A DNA stretch of 64,000 nucleotides, taken from positions 848,619 to 912,618 of the forward strand of contig CAVOJZ010000002.1 of assembly GCA_963696395.1 (NCBI GenBank), written 5' to 3'. The notes under the pieces were generated by a model, which made no database searches, had not been told where the DNA came from, and was given only the letters and a program-made list of their open reading frames with translations. Numbering within the stretch: the stretch's first letter is position 1; the number at the start of each line of letters is the position of its first letter. The translations under genes were made by a program, and so were the position numbers. Of the stretch, positions 9,394 through 17,736 are shown one piece after another. The stretch comes from an uncultured bacterium. Its GTDB lineage: Bacteria > Patescibacteriota > Minisyncoccia > UBA6257 > 2-01-FULL-56-20.

Positions 9394-10299
9394 CTAATAC
9401 GTGGTCGTGCTACCCGTGTAGGGGATCATCAAGCCCGTTGTCTGTGACCAGTTACTCAGCTTTGCGTTTATCCAGTTTATGAGTTGTTGAAAACTGAGCG
9501 TTGCGCCGACGTGGATATAATTCATGTAGTTCGGCACGGTGAATGTCTGGCCGTTGCTCAATTGCACAACGAACGATCCGTCGCTATTCACTTGAGTGAT
9601 GGTGCCGCTCAAATTTTCATAATTTGAGATGTTTATATTACTGAGATCGGGGAAAAGCGCAGTGAGTCCGGCGGGAAGACCGGTCGTTGTGGTTATCGGT
9701 AAGGTTGTTGGTGCAATGCCAATCTGCGGCTTCGAAAGGTCTCTTACGACGGTCGCCTGAAGTGTGCCGTCTGGGGTGTATGCACCGTAAGCATTAATTT
9801 GATCTCCCGGAGTGATATTTGCGATTACACCCGGAGTCCGATTCCGGAGCAGGACCTCCGTATCGGCGTTAATTTGGATTTGGTACGCCGTCCCGCTTGC
9901 GATAGCCGGACATGTGGTTGGAATGCTCGACGCCGCCGTCTGATCCGGGAAAGAAAGACAGATAGCCGCAGCGCTTCCGTTTGCCATCTGTCCCGGATCG
10001 ATTGCCTGAATTACGGCCGGTGCCTGATTTGAGGTAACAGCGGTCACGATGAGGCCGTCAAATTGCACCCAATTTCCAGCTGGCAACGGCAAAGTTATCG
10101 TGGGCATTGTCGGTAGCGATGCCGGAGGGTAGTTCCCGGTTGAGCCGCTCGTGGAGGAGGCGGATGAGGAACTCATTGCCGAAGTGTTTTCGGTACTCGT
10201 CCCGGTGTAGGAGAAGAGTTGGGCATTTGCGGTGAGGCCGATGCTCGCTGTGAGGGAAGCGATCGCGAGCGCAAGAAAAATGTTTTGTTTGTTTTTCAT
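9394..10299 (-). CDS. secreted Ser/Thr-rich protein, paralog of 10473..11681
   Basis: Signal peptide MKNKQNIFLALAIASLTASIGLTANA. Shares the modules LLRNRTPG...GDQINAYGAY..DG.LQA.VVRDLSKP and NSDGSFVVQLSNGQTFTV with the neighbouring gene. Confidence 0.7.
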   Translation of the reverse strand: MKNKQNIFLALAIASLTASIGLTANAQLFSYTGTSTENTSAMSSSSASSTSGSTGNYPPASLPTMPTITLPLPAGNWVQFDGLIVTAVTSNQAPAVIQAIDPGQMANGSAAAICLSFPDQTAASSIPTTCPAIASGTAYQIQINADTEVLLRNRTPGVIANITPGDQINAYGAYTPDGTLQATVVRDLSKPQIGIAPTTLPITTTTGLPAGLTALFPDLSNINISNYENLSGTITQVNSDGSFVVQLSNGQTFTVPNYMNYIHVGATLSFQQLINWINAKLSNWSQTTGLMIPYTGSTTTY

Positions 10300-10424
10300 G
10301 ATGTTGCTGTTAATTTATTTTTAACACCCCGAGGGCCATGGATTCCCGGGCGCATTCTTTGATACGGCATGTCGTTTTATTTATTACAAATCAGCATTAT
10401 TCGAGCTCTGAAATGCTTGCAAAC

Positions 10425-10453
10425 AAAAACTCCGGCGACATGCCGGAGTTTTT
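10425..10453. terminator. bidirectional rho-independent terminator
   Basis: AAAAA, then stem actccggc / gccggagt with loop gacat, then TTTTT. Lies immediately downstream of the minus-strand gene that ends at 10473. Confidence 0.75.
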
Positions 10454-10472
10454 GGGAGAACGGGCGATTCAG

Positions 10473-11681
10473 CTACTGATTGGTCGGATTAACGACTGCC
10501 GGCACGGGTATCATCGGGGGCATACTCACTGTGGAGTTCCCGATGGTGATTTGCGAAACAGATGAGATCGTGTTGTTAAGCGAGCTCATGAGTCCGCGAA
10601 CCGTCACGGTCGCGCCTACTGTTATCGGATTCTCGACGGTTACCGTGGATCCGTTGTTCATTTTGATGACGAACGAACCATCTGCATTTATTGCTGTCAC
10701 CGTCCCCGTATAGGCAGATGCCGTTACCGGAAGCGAGAGGTCGCGGATGATGTCTGCGGTGATCGTTTGGCCGTTGTCGCTCGATTCGCCGTACACATTC
10801 AGCATGTCGCCGGTGTTAAGGCTCGAAAGCGAAAGCTGGTTCCGATTGCGATCAAGGATAATCGTCCGTGAATCAACAGTCACGACATATTTATGGAGCA
10901 TCATCCAGTTCGGTGCAAGCGCCGAAGGGGCTGTTACGTTTGCCGTCGCCGGATTGGCGGAAAAATCTGAAACACCCATCGGGCACGCAATCGCCGCACC
11001 GGAGCTGTTGGCATCAAATCCAAGACAGGGCGAACCAACGGCTTGCGTTACAGCGAGCGTCGCAGAGGTTCCCACGCCCGATTCGGCAATCGAAACCAAA
11101 GTTACGTTGTCGAGCTGCATCGTTTGCGTCTCTGCCGGCTTTGATATGTCGCGCACAAGATAGGCCTGGATGCTGCCATCGGCATTGTAATAGCCGAAGA
11201 CGTTAATTTGGTCGCCCTGCGAGAAATCGCTGAGCGATGCCTGAGTTCGGTCGCGAAGGATCAGCTGCGTTGAGGGAGAAACTTCAATGGTGACCGTATT
11301 CTGGTATACCGGAGGGACCGGCATATAGTTCGTACTCGACGTGCTGCCGTTTGCTACAGCCGTCGGCGTTCCGGGGGCGGTTTGAGCCTGCATTGGGCAG
11401 GCGATGGACTCGCCTTGCGCATCGCTTTCCGAATTAAAACGGAGACACGTGCTTGCTCCGGTAGCCGTGATGACTCCGGTGGTATTTGATACCGTAGCCG
11501 CAACGCTTTGGACCGTTAATGTATTAAACTGCACGAATCCCGGAGTAATCGGCGGACTGACGGGTCCCGGGGAGATAAGCGCCGGACCATCTGTCGGAGC
11601 AGCGGTCTGAGCATGCACACCGACTGAGCTAAACATAAGCACAACTAATGCTAAAAGGGCACAAGAAGTTATCTTTTTCAT
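10473..11681 (-). CDS. secreted protein with two copies of the R-D/N-R...GD.(I/L)NV(F/Y)G...(V/I)RD(I/L)S.P module; paralog of 9394..10299
   Basis: Signal peptide MKKITSCALLALVVLMFSSVGVHA. Internal duplication (LILRDRTQ...LVRDISKP and IILDRNRNQ...IIRDLSLP) and a C-terminal NADGSFVIKMNNGSTVTV module shared with the paralog. Confidence 0.75.
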   Translation of the reverse strand: MKKITSCALLALVVLMFSSVGVHAQTAAPTDGPALISPGPVSPPITPGFVQFNTLTVQSVAATVSNTTGVITATGASTCLRFNSESDAQGESIACPMQAQTAPGTPTAVANGSTSSTNYMPVPPVYQNTVTIEVSPSTQLILRDRTQASLSDFSQGDQINVFGYYNADGSIQAYLVRDISKPAETQTMQLDNVTLVSIAESGVGTSATLAVTQAVGSPCLGFDANSSGAAIACPMGVSDFSANPATANVTAPSALAPNWMMLHKYVVTVDSRTIILDRNRNQLSLSSLNTGDMLNVYGESSDNGQTITADIIRDLSLPVTASAYTGTVTAINADGSFVIKMNNGSTVTVENPITVGATVTVRGLMSSLNNTISSVSQITIGNSTVSMPPMIPVPAVVNPTNQ

Positions 11682-11810
11682 TGTTTTAGGGTTTTTTATA
11701 AGCCTCGCGAGGGCTATACGTTTTCGACCTGTACCTTATATGATACCAAACAGAGTCAGATCTGTTACACCATAAAAAAGCCCCCCTAATCATAAAGAAA
11801 AGAGGGGATA

Positions 11811-12476
11811 TTAAGGGATCGAAGCTTGAGCTATATTCGAATAGCCGCTTTCAGCCCATCCACTAGCGTTAGGGCATGAACCGCTGTTCGTATAATCCCC
11901 GTAAAACGTGACCACATAGTAGTAAATGAATCCAGGTTGCTCGCTGTCGTCGGTGTAACTTGTTGTTGTGACTAGACTGGCAAGCTCACTGAAGGGAGGT
12001 CCATCTAATGTACTTACATACACGTTGTATCCCACGTTGCTATAGCATGGATCCGATGCCGATGGGCTCGGATCCCAAGTGAGATTCACGACGTACCATC
12101 CGGTTCCTTTTACCGACAGCTTCGGCGAATTGGTAGCGGTGCTTACCACGGTTACGGTACCGGTTGCGAGACCTCCGGTTGTGGGACTGAAAATCACCGT
12201 GAAGGTGGCTTTGCCTTTCCCTGGGATCGTCTTCGGGAGGGTAATTCCTCCGATCGCGAATTCACTGCTCCCGACGCCATTGATCGCTTTGATGGTCACC
12301 GGAGCGCTTCCGGTGTTTTTTATCGTGATGGTCTTTGCGTTTTGGCTACCATCGTCGATGATCCCGGCATTCCACGATGTTGGACTGAATGCGATTGTGC
12401 CGGCATTGCCGAAACAATTCGCCGAACAGGCAAACAACCAAAATGCGATTGCAGCGAAATTGATATATTTCGGCAT
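11811..12476 (-). CDS. secreted protein with an ASH/choice-of-anchor-D-like domain and one fibronectin-III-like domain
   Basis: Signal peptide. TIKNTGSAPVTIKAINGVGSSEFAI...ATFTVIFSP fits the ASH/Hydin-type Ig fold. NLTWDPSP...GYNVY...YYYVVT fits Fn3. Confidence 0.7.
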   Translation of the reverse strand: MPKYINFAAIAFWLFACSANCFGNAGTIAFSPTSWNAGIIDDGSQNAKTITIKNTGSAPVTIKAINGVGSSEFAIGGITLPKTIPGKGKATFTVIFSPTTGGLATGTVTVVSTATNSPKLSVKGTGWYVVNLTWDPSPSASDPCYSNVGYNVYVSTLDGPPFSELASLVTTTSYTDDSEQPGFIYYYVVTFYGDYTNSGSCPNASGWAESGYSNIAQASIP

Positions 12477-12533
12477 GCAGGCTCTTCCTTTCCTGAATTT
12501 GAAGTTGTGCTGGTTTCAGTATACTATAGGGAA

Positions 12534-15500
12534 ATGCAATCGAGAACAGCCGCCTTCACCATCATTATTTGGGCTGTTTTTAAGATTTTTTTCGTTCCGT
12601 TTTTCGCGCGCGCTGCCCTATATAATGCCGATAGTCTTTTGGGGCACATCGATCAGAGTAATAACCCTATCTACACCGTCGAAGGGGCAAATAACGGGCC
12701 GAACAATCTTGGCTTTGATAATCCTCTTGATATCGCAATTGACTCCATCAACCACCGAGTTTTCGTAATTGACCAAAACAATTCCCGCATCCTCGTTTAC
12801 GCGCTCGACTCAAATGATAATATTGCCGGCACGGCCCCAATCTTTGTCCTCGGGCAAAGTAATTTTATATCTTCGAACGTTGCTACAGCGCAAAATACAC
12901 TCGCTTATCCGGATGGCATCGCTTATGACGCGTCTAATAATCGTCTTTTTGTTTCGGATCAATTTAATAATCGTGTGGTGGTTTTTAATGTTGCACCCGG
13001 CACAATTACAAACGGCGAGAACGCCACGAATATTTTGGGCCAGGCTAATTTCGCCGCCTCAAGTTCAGCAACGTCGCAGAACGGGTTCAGCGCGCCGAGC
13101 GGCCTCGCTTATGACGCGACAACGAGTCGTCTCTTTGTGGGCGATCAAAACAATAACCGCGTTCTGATTTTCAATGTCGCCACGTCGACGTTTGCGAACA
13201 ATGAGAACGCCTCGAGTGTTATTGGCCAGGCTAATTTCACCGCCTCAAGTTCAGCAACGTCGCAGAACGGACTAGCCGGTCCATTCGGTCTCGTCCTCGA
13301 TGGCAACAATCGTCTTTTTGTGGCGGACAACGGCAATAACCGGGTAGTTTATTTCAATGTCGCCACGTCGACGTTTGCGAACAATGAGAACGCCTCGAGT
13401 GTTATTGGCCAGGCTAATTTCACCGCCTCAAGTTCAGCAACGTCGCAGAACGGACTAGCCGGTCCGCAGGGTATCAGCTACGACGGTGTCGGCAACCGTC
13501 TTTTTGTGGCGGACAGCGGCAATAACCGCTTGATGGTTTTTGCGGTTGGCACTTCGACGTTTACAAACGGTGAAAACGCTTCAACCGTTCTCGGTCAAAC
13601 TGATTTTAACGGATCGAACTCAAGCGTTTCACAGAGCAGCCTCAATAATCCTTATGGCGTTGCTTACGACACCATCAACAACGGCCTTTTTGTATCCGAC
13701 GCCGCCAATAACCGACTTCTGGTTTTTCCTGCGGCCACTTCGTCGATATCGAACGGCGAAAACGCTTCAGGCATTCTCGGCGAATCGGTGTATACGCTTG
13801 GTGGCGCAAACGGAGGTCCAAGCGGAGAAGGTATGGATTCCCCGGTTGATACGGCACTTGACACCGTGAACCATCGACTCTTTGTTTCTGACCAGAATAA
13901 CAACCGGGTGCTTGTTTTTACCCTGGATGCAAACAATAAAATTTCAGGCACTACAGCGGCATTTGTTCTTGGGCAAAGTAATCTGACGAGTGGTGCCCCG
14001 AATACGACGCAAAACGGTTTGACCAATCCTTATGGCCTTGCCTATGATGCCGCGAGCAATCGTCTTTTTGTTGCGGACAATGGGAACAACCGGATTCTTG
14101 TGTTTAATGTTGCCCCCGGAACACTCGCAAATAATGAGAACGCAATGAATGTTCTTGGCCAGAGTGGATATACGGCTTCAAGTTCCGCGACGTCAAACAC
14201 TGGGTTGAACTCGCCGTATGGTCTCATGTATGACGCAGCCGGCGGCCGCCTCTTTGTCGCTGACGAAGGGAACAATCGTATTATGGTTTTTAACGCGGGA
14301 AGTTCGACCATAATCAGCGGTGAGGGCGCGGTGAACGAACTTGGCCAGACAGATTTTAACCATTCCCATTCGGGCACATCTCAGAGAGGATTGAACGGCC
14401 CTTCCGGGCTCTCTTATGACCCCGTTTCTAATCGTCTCTTTGCGGTGGATGAAAACAATAATCGTGTCATGATTTTCGCGGTCGGTACGTCAACATTTAC
14501 GAGCGATGAGGTTGCCTCAAATGAGCTCGGTCAATCAAATTTCAGCGGATCAACTGCCACCACAACTCAAAACGGTTTTAACGATCCCTATGGCATCGCC
14601 TACGATACGATTAACGGACGCCTTTTTGTAACAGACACCGGAAATTACCGCATTATGGTTTTTAATAATGTTTCGACGTCGAGCATCTCAAACGACGAGA
14701 ATGCATCTAATGATATCGGTCAGGCGGACTTTGTTTCTTCGGGTGGACCGAATGTTTCCCAGACCGGGATAAATTCGGATAATGCAATCGCCTTCGACCC
14801 GGCAAATAACCGGCTCTTCGCGGTGGATAATTCTCTGAGTCGCCTGATGCAACTTTCGTTTGTAAAGATTACAACAGCGTCTTTACCCACCGGCACGGTT
14901 GGCTCTTCGTATTCACAAACCCTTATCACGACTTCCACCCAAGGGACAGTCACGTTTGCCTTGAAGGCCGGTTCGTTGCCGCCAGGATTAGCACTTTCGA
15001 GTTCGAGCGGAATTATTTCCGGAACTCCTTCGACGGCAACGACGACTACATTCACCGTCGAGGCGGACAATACATTTTCCACGGGATCCTTCTTTGATCA
15101 GGCAACATTGTCGCTTACCACCGCGAATGGGCAGGCGGCGATATCGCTTGCTCCGACCCTCTTAAGCTACACGGCATCTTCGACGGCAACCTCAACGCAT
15201 GAAGGAACTCAGTTTGTTATTCTCACGAACAGCGGTAGCGGATCGTCAACGCTTAATTGGACGGCAAACTCGTCGCAATCTTGGCTCAGTCTAACAAAGT
15301 CAACAGGAACCCTCGCAACGAACGCTACGACGAGCATTGGGTTTATGATAAATCCTTCGTCGCTCGCAATTGGGGCATATAACGCAACGGGAACTTTTTC
15401 AGATGCCTCGTCTTCCAATTCACCACAGACTGTTTCGGTCACCCTCACCATAGCGTCTGCTGCAGGACCGGCAATCTTCCTTTCGCCGACTTCATTAAAC

Positions 15501-16316
15501 TACACCGCAACGGTGGGTGCTTCGTCTCCAAATGAAGGGATATTGAGCGTTACGGTAACAAACAGTGGGTCCGCGTCAACAACGCTTCACTGGGCAGTCG
15601 CTTCATCCCAGTCGTGGCTTACGTTTACCGCGGCGAGTGGCACTTTGGCAACAGGCGTGGCAACGAGCGTTGGGTTTGTGGTCGATCCTTCCTCGCTGGC
15701 TGTGGGAACATTTAATGCAACCGGTACTTTTAGTGATGCATCGTCAACGAATTCTCCGCAATCGGTAAGCGTTGTACTCACGGTTTCGGCGTCGGGTGGA
15801 GGTGGCGGTGGTGGAGGTGGCGGTGGTGGAGGTGGAGGTGGAGGAGGTGGCGGTGGCGGCGGTGGCGGTGGCGGAGGTGGCGGTGGCGGCAGCGGTGGCG
15901 GCAGCGGCAGCGGCAGCGGCAGCTCTTCTACTTCAACGAACGCAACAAGCACCGCAACGAGCGCCAATGTGAACACCGCGAGCTCAACTGATCTAATCGC
16001 AATCCTTCAATCGCTTCTCGCCGAGTTGAATGTGCTTATCGCAAAACTTAACGCAAAACTCATACCACTCCTTACAAGAAATCTTACCGTTGGCAGTTTT
16101 GGCCCTGACGTGAAAGCTTTGCAGACACTGCTCAATGATAACGGCTATCCCATTGCGACGACCGGATCTGGATCGCCCGGGAACGAATCGCAGTATCTTG
16201 GACCGAGAACATCGGCGGCGCTTGCCAAGTTTCAAAAAGCAAACGGTCTTCCGGCGACAGGTTTTTTTGGTTCGCTGACCCGGGCGTTACTGATCAAAAA
16301 GTGGGGCGGGGAATGA
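12534..16316 (+). CDS. giant cell-surface NHL-repeat beta-propeller protein with BACON-like domains, a poly-Gly linker and a C-terminal peptidoglycan-binding domain
   Basis: The ATG at 12534 gives a TM/signal segment TAAFTIIIWAVFKIFFVPFF; the upstream part of the listed ORF overlaps the minus gene. About 14 NHL-type repeats (LFV.D.GNNRV.VF). Two BACON-like modules (STLNWTANSSQSWLSL...). More than 60 consecutive Gly/Ser residues. A PG_binding_1-like end (GPDVKALQTLLNDNGYP...ALAKFQKANGL). Confidence 0.85.
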   Translation: MQSRTAAFTIIIWAVFKIFFVPFFARAALYNADSLLGHIDQSNNPIYTVEGANNGPNNLGFDNPLDIAIDSINHRVFVIDQNNSRILVYALDSNDNIAGTAPIFVLGQSNFISSNVATAQNTLAYPDGIAYDASNNRLFVSDQFNNRVVVFNVAPGTITNGENATNILGQANFAASSSATSQNGFSAPSGLAYDATTSRLFVGDQNNNRVLIFNVATSTFANNENASSVIGQANFTASSSATSQNGLAGPFGLVLDGNNRLFVADNGNNRVVYFNVATSTFANNENASSVIGQANFTASSSATSQNGLAGPQGISYDGVGNRLFVADSGNNRLMVFAVGTSTFTNGENASTVLGQTDFNGSNSSVSQSSLNNPYGVAYDTINNGLFVSDAANNRLLVFPAATSSISNGENASGILGESVYTLGGANGGPSGEGMDSPVDTALDTVNHRLFVSDQNNNRVLVFTLDANNKISGTTAAFVLGQSNLTSGAPNTTQNGLTNPYGLAYDAASNRLFVADNGNNRILVFNVAPGTLANNENAMNVLGQSGYTASSSATSNTGLNSPYGLMYDAAGGRLFVADEGNNRIMVFNAGSSTIISGEGAVNELGQTDFNHSHSGTSQRGLNGPSGLSYDPVSNRLFAVDENNNRVMIFAVGTSTFTSDEVASNELGQSNFSGSTATTTQNGFNDPYGIAYDTINGRLFVTDTGNYRIMVFNNVSTSSISNDENASNDIGQADFVSSGGPNVSQTGINSDNAIAFDPANNRLFAVDNSLSRLMQLSFVKITTASLPTGTVGSSYSQTLITTSTQGTVTFALKAGSLPPGLALSSSSGIISGTPSTATTTTFTVEADNTFSTGSFFDQATLSLTTANGQAAISLAPTLLSYTASSTATSTHEGTQFVILTNSGSGSSTLNWTANSSQSWLSLTKSTGTLATNATTSIGFMINPSSLAIGAYNATGTFSDASSSNSPQTVSVTLTIASAAGPAIFLSPTSLNYTATVGASSPNEGILSVTVTNSGSASTTLHWAVASSQSWLTFTAASGTLATGVATSVGFVVDPSSLAVGTFNATGTFSDASSTNSPQSVSVVLTVSASGGGGGGGGGGGGGGGGGGGGGGGGGGGGGGGGSGGGSGSGSGSSSTSTNATSTATSANVNTASSTDLIAILQSLLAELNVLIAKLNAKLIPLLTRNLTVGSFGPDVKALQTLLNDNGYPIATTGSGSPGNESQYLGPRTSAALAKFQKANGLPATGFFGSLTRALLIKKWGGE
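15793..15921 (+). repeat. (GGN)n followed by (GGC-AGC)n trinucleotide microsatellite encoding a poly-Gly/Gly-Ser linker
   Basis: About 36 uninterrupted GGN codons, then GSGSGS codons, read directly from the sequence. Confidence 0.9.
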
Positions 16317-16376
16317 GCTGGACTTACGGCCTAATCCGTGATATAAACAGCACAGTTGTTCCCAAGGAGGAATCTC

Positions 16377-16607
16377 ATGTTGATGGAAGTTATTTCAAGA
16401 GAGAAATACGAGAAGAAGTACGGACCTATACGCAATAGCTTGCTGGCCGAAGAAACGATTGCCCTTCGTCAGAAGATCGTGGCGTTAAAAATAGGCGAAG
16501 GTTTGATCGTGATTCCTGCCGATGGCAAAAAGCTGAAGCACTTGAATGAGTCCATGCGGCAACGTATGCTCAAGTGGCGCGAGAAGAGAATCTCGATTTC
16601 ATCCTGA
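16377..16607 (+). CDS. small hypothetical protein (76 aa)
   Basis: The ATG at 16377 has the strong RBS aaggagg 7 nt upstream. No recognisable domain. Confidence 0.45.
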   Translation: MLMEVISREKYEKKYGPIRNSLLAEETIALRQKIVALKIGEGLIVIPADGKKLKHLNESMRQRMLKWREKRISISS

Positions 16608-16788
16608 AAGTCTCGTGCAACAAAAAGCCGGTCACAGGAAAGCCTGCTCATATTGTCATATGGAAAATGAAAAAGGAAGGTTCAGGTGCGGAGAACCCAT
16701 CTGCGGAGCAGTCCTCGTCCGTAGCGACAGCGCGTAGAAAACCTGGCCGGCCGCGAACCAAACAATAAGTCTTACTCGTCAGATCCAA

Positions 16789-16821
16789 CGCCTCGCAGCA
16801 CGTATTGCGGGGCGTTTTGTT
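16789..16821 (+). terminator. rho-independent terminator
   Basis: 9-bp stem cgcctcgca / tgcggggcg with one G-U pair and loop gcacgtat, then TTTTGTT. Confidence 0.55.
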
Positions 16822-16881
16822 ATTGGAATTAGTGGATTAATCGATTGATTTATGGTATAACCAGAAAAGCTTGCTATTGTT

Positions 16882-17691
16882 ATGGAGACTAAAATGGAGA
16901 CAAGAATTGCTCTGTGGGCAAAAGTTTGCCAGATGTCGCCGGGAAGATTCTTGATTCTCACTCCCGAAGACAACGAAAATTTATCAAGGCTTCGCGCTCG
17001 CGTAAACAGATATTTAAAAAAGAAAAACTCGGATTGGAGGATCGGCTTCGGTGTTCGGGTTTTGTCGAGAACTTGCAGAAACCATCTCGTGGTGGAAAAG
17101 TGGCGTAGACCGATAGTCGTTCCCCGTAACGGGCTCGTTGATCAATTAGGGGAGCGAGCGGATCGAAATGGAGCTGCGATCGGTCTCGATCAGTTGGAAT
17201 ACCAGATCGTGATTCTCGCGATGCACGGGCACGACAACCCGGAAATTGCGAGCGAGCTCAATATGACTGAACGAACCGTAAAAAAATATTTTAGTTGTAT
17301 GTTTGAAGATTTCAACATTCCCACTAAAATATCGGGACGTAAAGTCATTAAGCGAATTGTTCTGCTTAGTGCGATCGCAAAATCACTGGCGAGGATTCGT
17401 AATAAAGATGGCTTTTGCCCAACCGTGACCACTATGCGTATTCGACGGCTTGGTGAAATGTTTGATCAGTCGTCTTGTAATCTGCGGATCATCCGTCTCG
17501 TGGCCAAGGGATACAAAAATGAGGAAATTGCCGTTATGACCGGAGATTCAGTAGGGGTCGTAAAAAATAAACTTCGAGAGATATTTGCGATCGTTGGTTG
17601 TGAAAGTCGGACCATGTTGTCGCAGAAATTTCTTGAGGATCAATTGATGAGCCGGAAAGTTAAATCCAAGCGTACCCCACGACAAAATTAA
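16882..17691 (+). CDS. transcriptional regulator with two tandem LuxR/GerE-type HTH domains
   Basis: Two LuxR-type HTH domains: LDQLEYQIVILAMHGHDNPEIASELNMTERTVKKY and NLRIIRLVAKGYKNEEIAVMTGDSVGVVKNKLREIF. No receiver or ligand-binding domain recognised. Confidence 0.75.
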   Translation: METKMETRIALWAKVCQMSPGRFLILTPEDNENLSRLRARVNRYLKKKNSDWRIGFGVRVLSRTCRNHLVVEKWRRPIVVPRNGLVDQLGERADRNGAAIGLDQLEYQIVILAMHGHDNPEIASELNMTERTVKKYFSCMFEDFNIPTKISGRKVIKRIVLLSAIAKSLARIRNKDGFCPTVTTMRIRRLGEMFDQSSCNLRIIRLVAKGYKNEEIAVMTGDSVGVVKNKLREIFAIVGCESRTMLSQKFLEDQLMSRKVKSKRTPRQN

Positions 17692-17711
17692 CGTCGTGGG
17701 GCATTTTTTTC
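17675..17711 (+). terminator. rho-independent terminator (overlaps the stop codon of the LuxR gene)
   Basis: Stem ccccacgac / gtcgtgggg with loop aaaattaac, then TTTTTTT. Confidence 0.7.
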
Positions 17712-17736
17712 TCGTTTCTGCTAGACTTTATGCATT

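Noticed and set aside
8531-9394. 287-aa minus-strand ORF antisense to gene 8504..9391
   Set aside because: It is Arg-rich junk-like sequence. The plus-strand ORF has a clear N-terminal membrane anchor and a plausible fold.
15587-15976. Minus-strand ORF encoding a long poly-proline tract
   Set aside because: It is the reverse complement of the (GGN)n microsatellite inside the NHL-protein gene. The sense-strand protein has coherent domains on both sides.
16574-16768. GTG-initiated 64-aa ORF overlapping the end of the small gene 16377..16607
   Set aside because: It has no ATG or RBS of its own. It is kept only as a possible frameshift partner (see findings).
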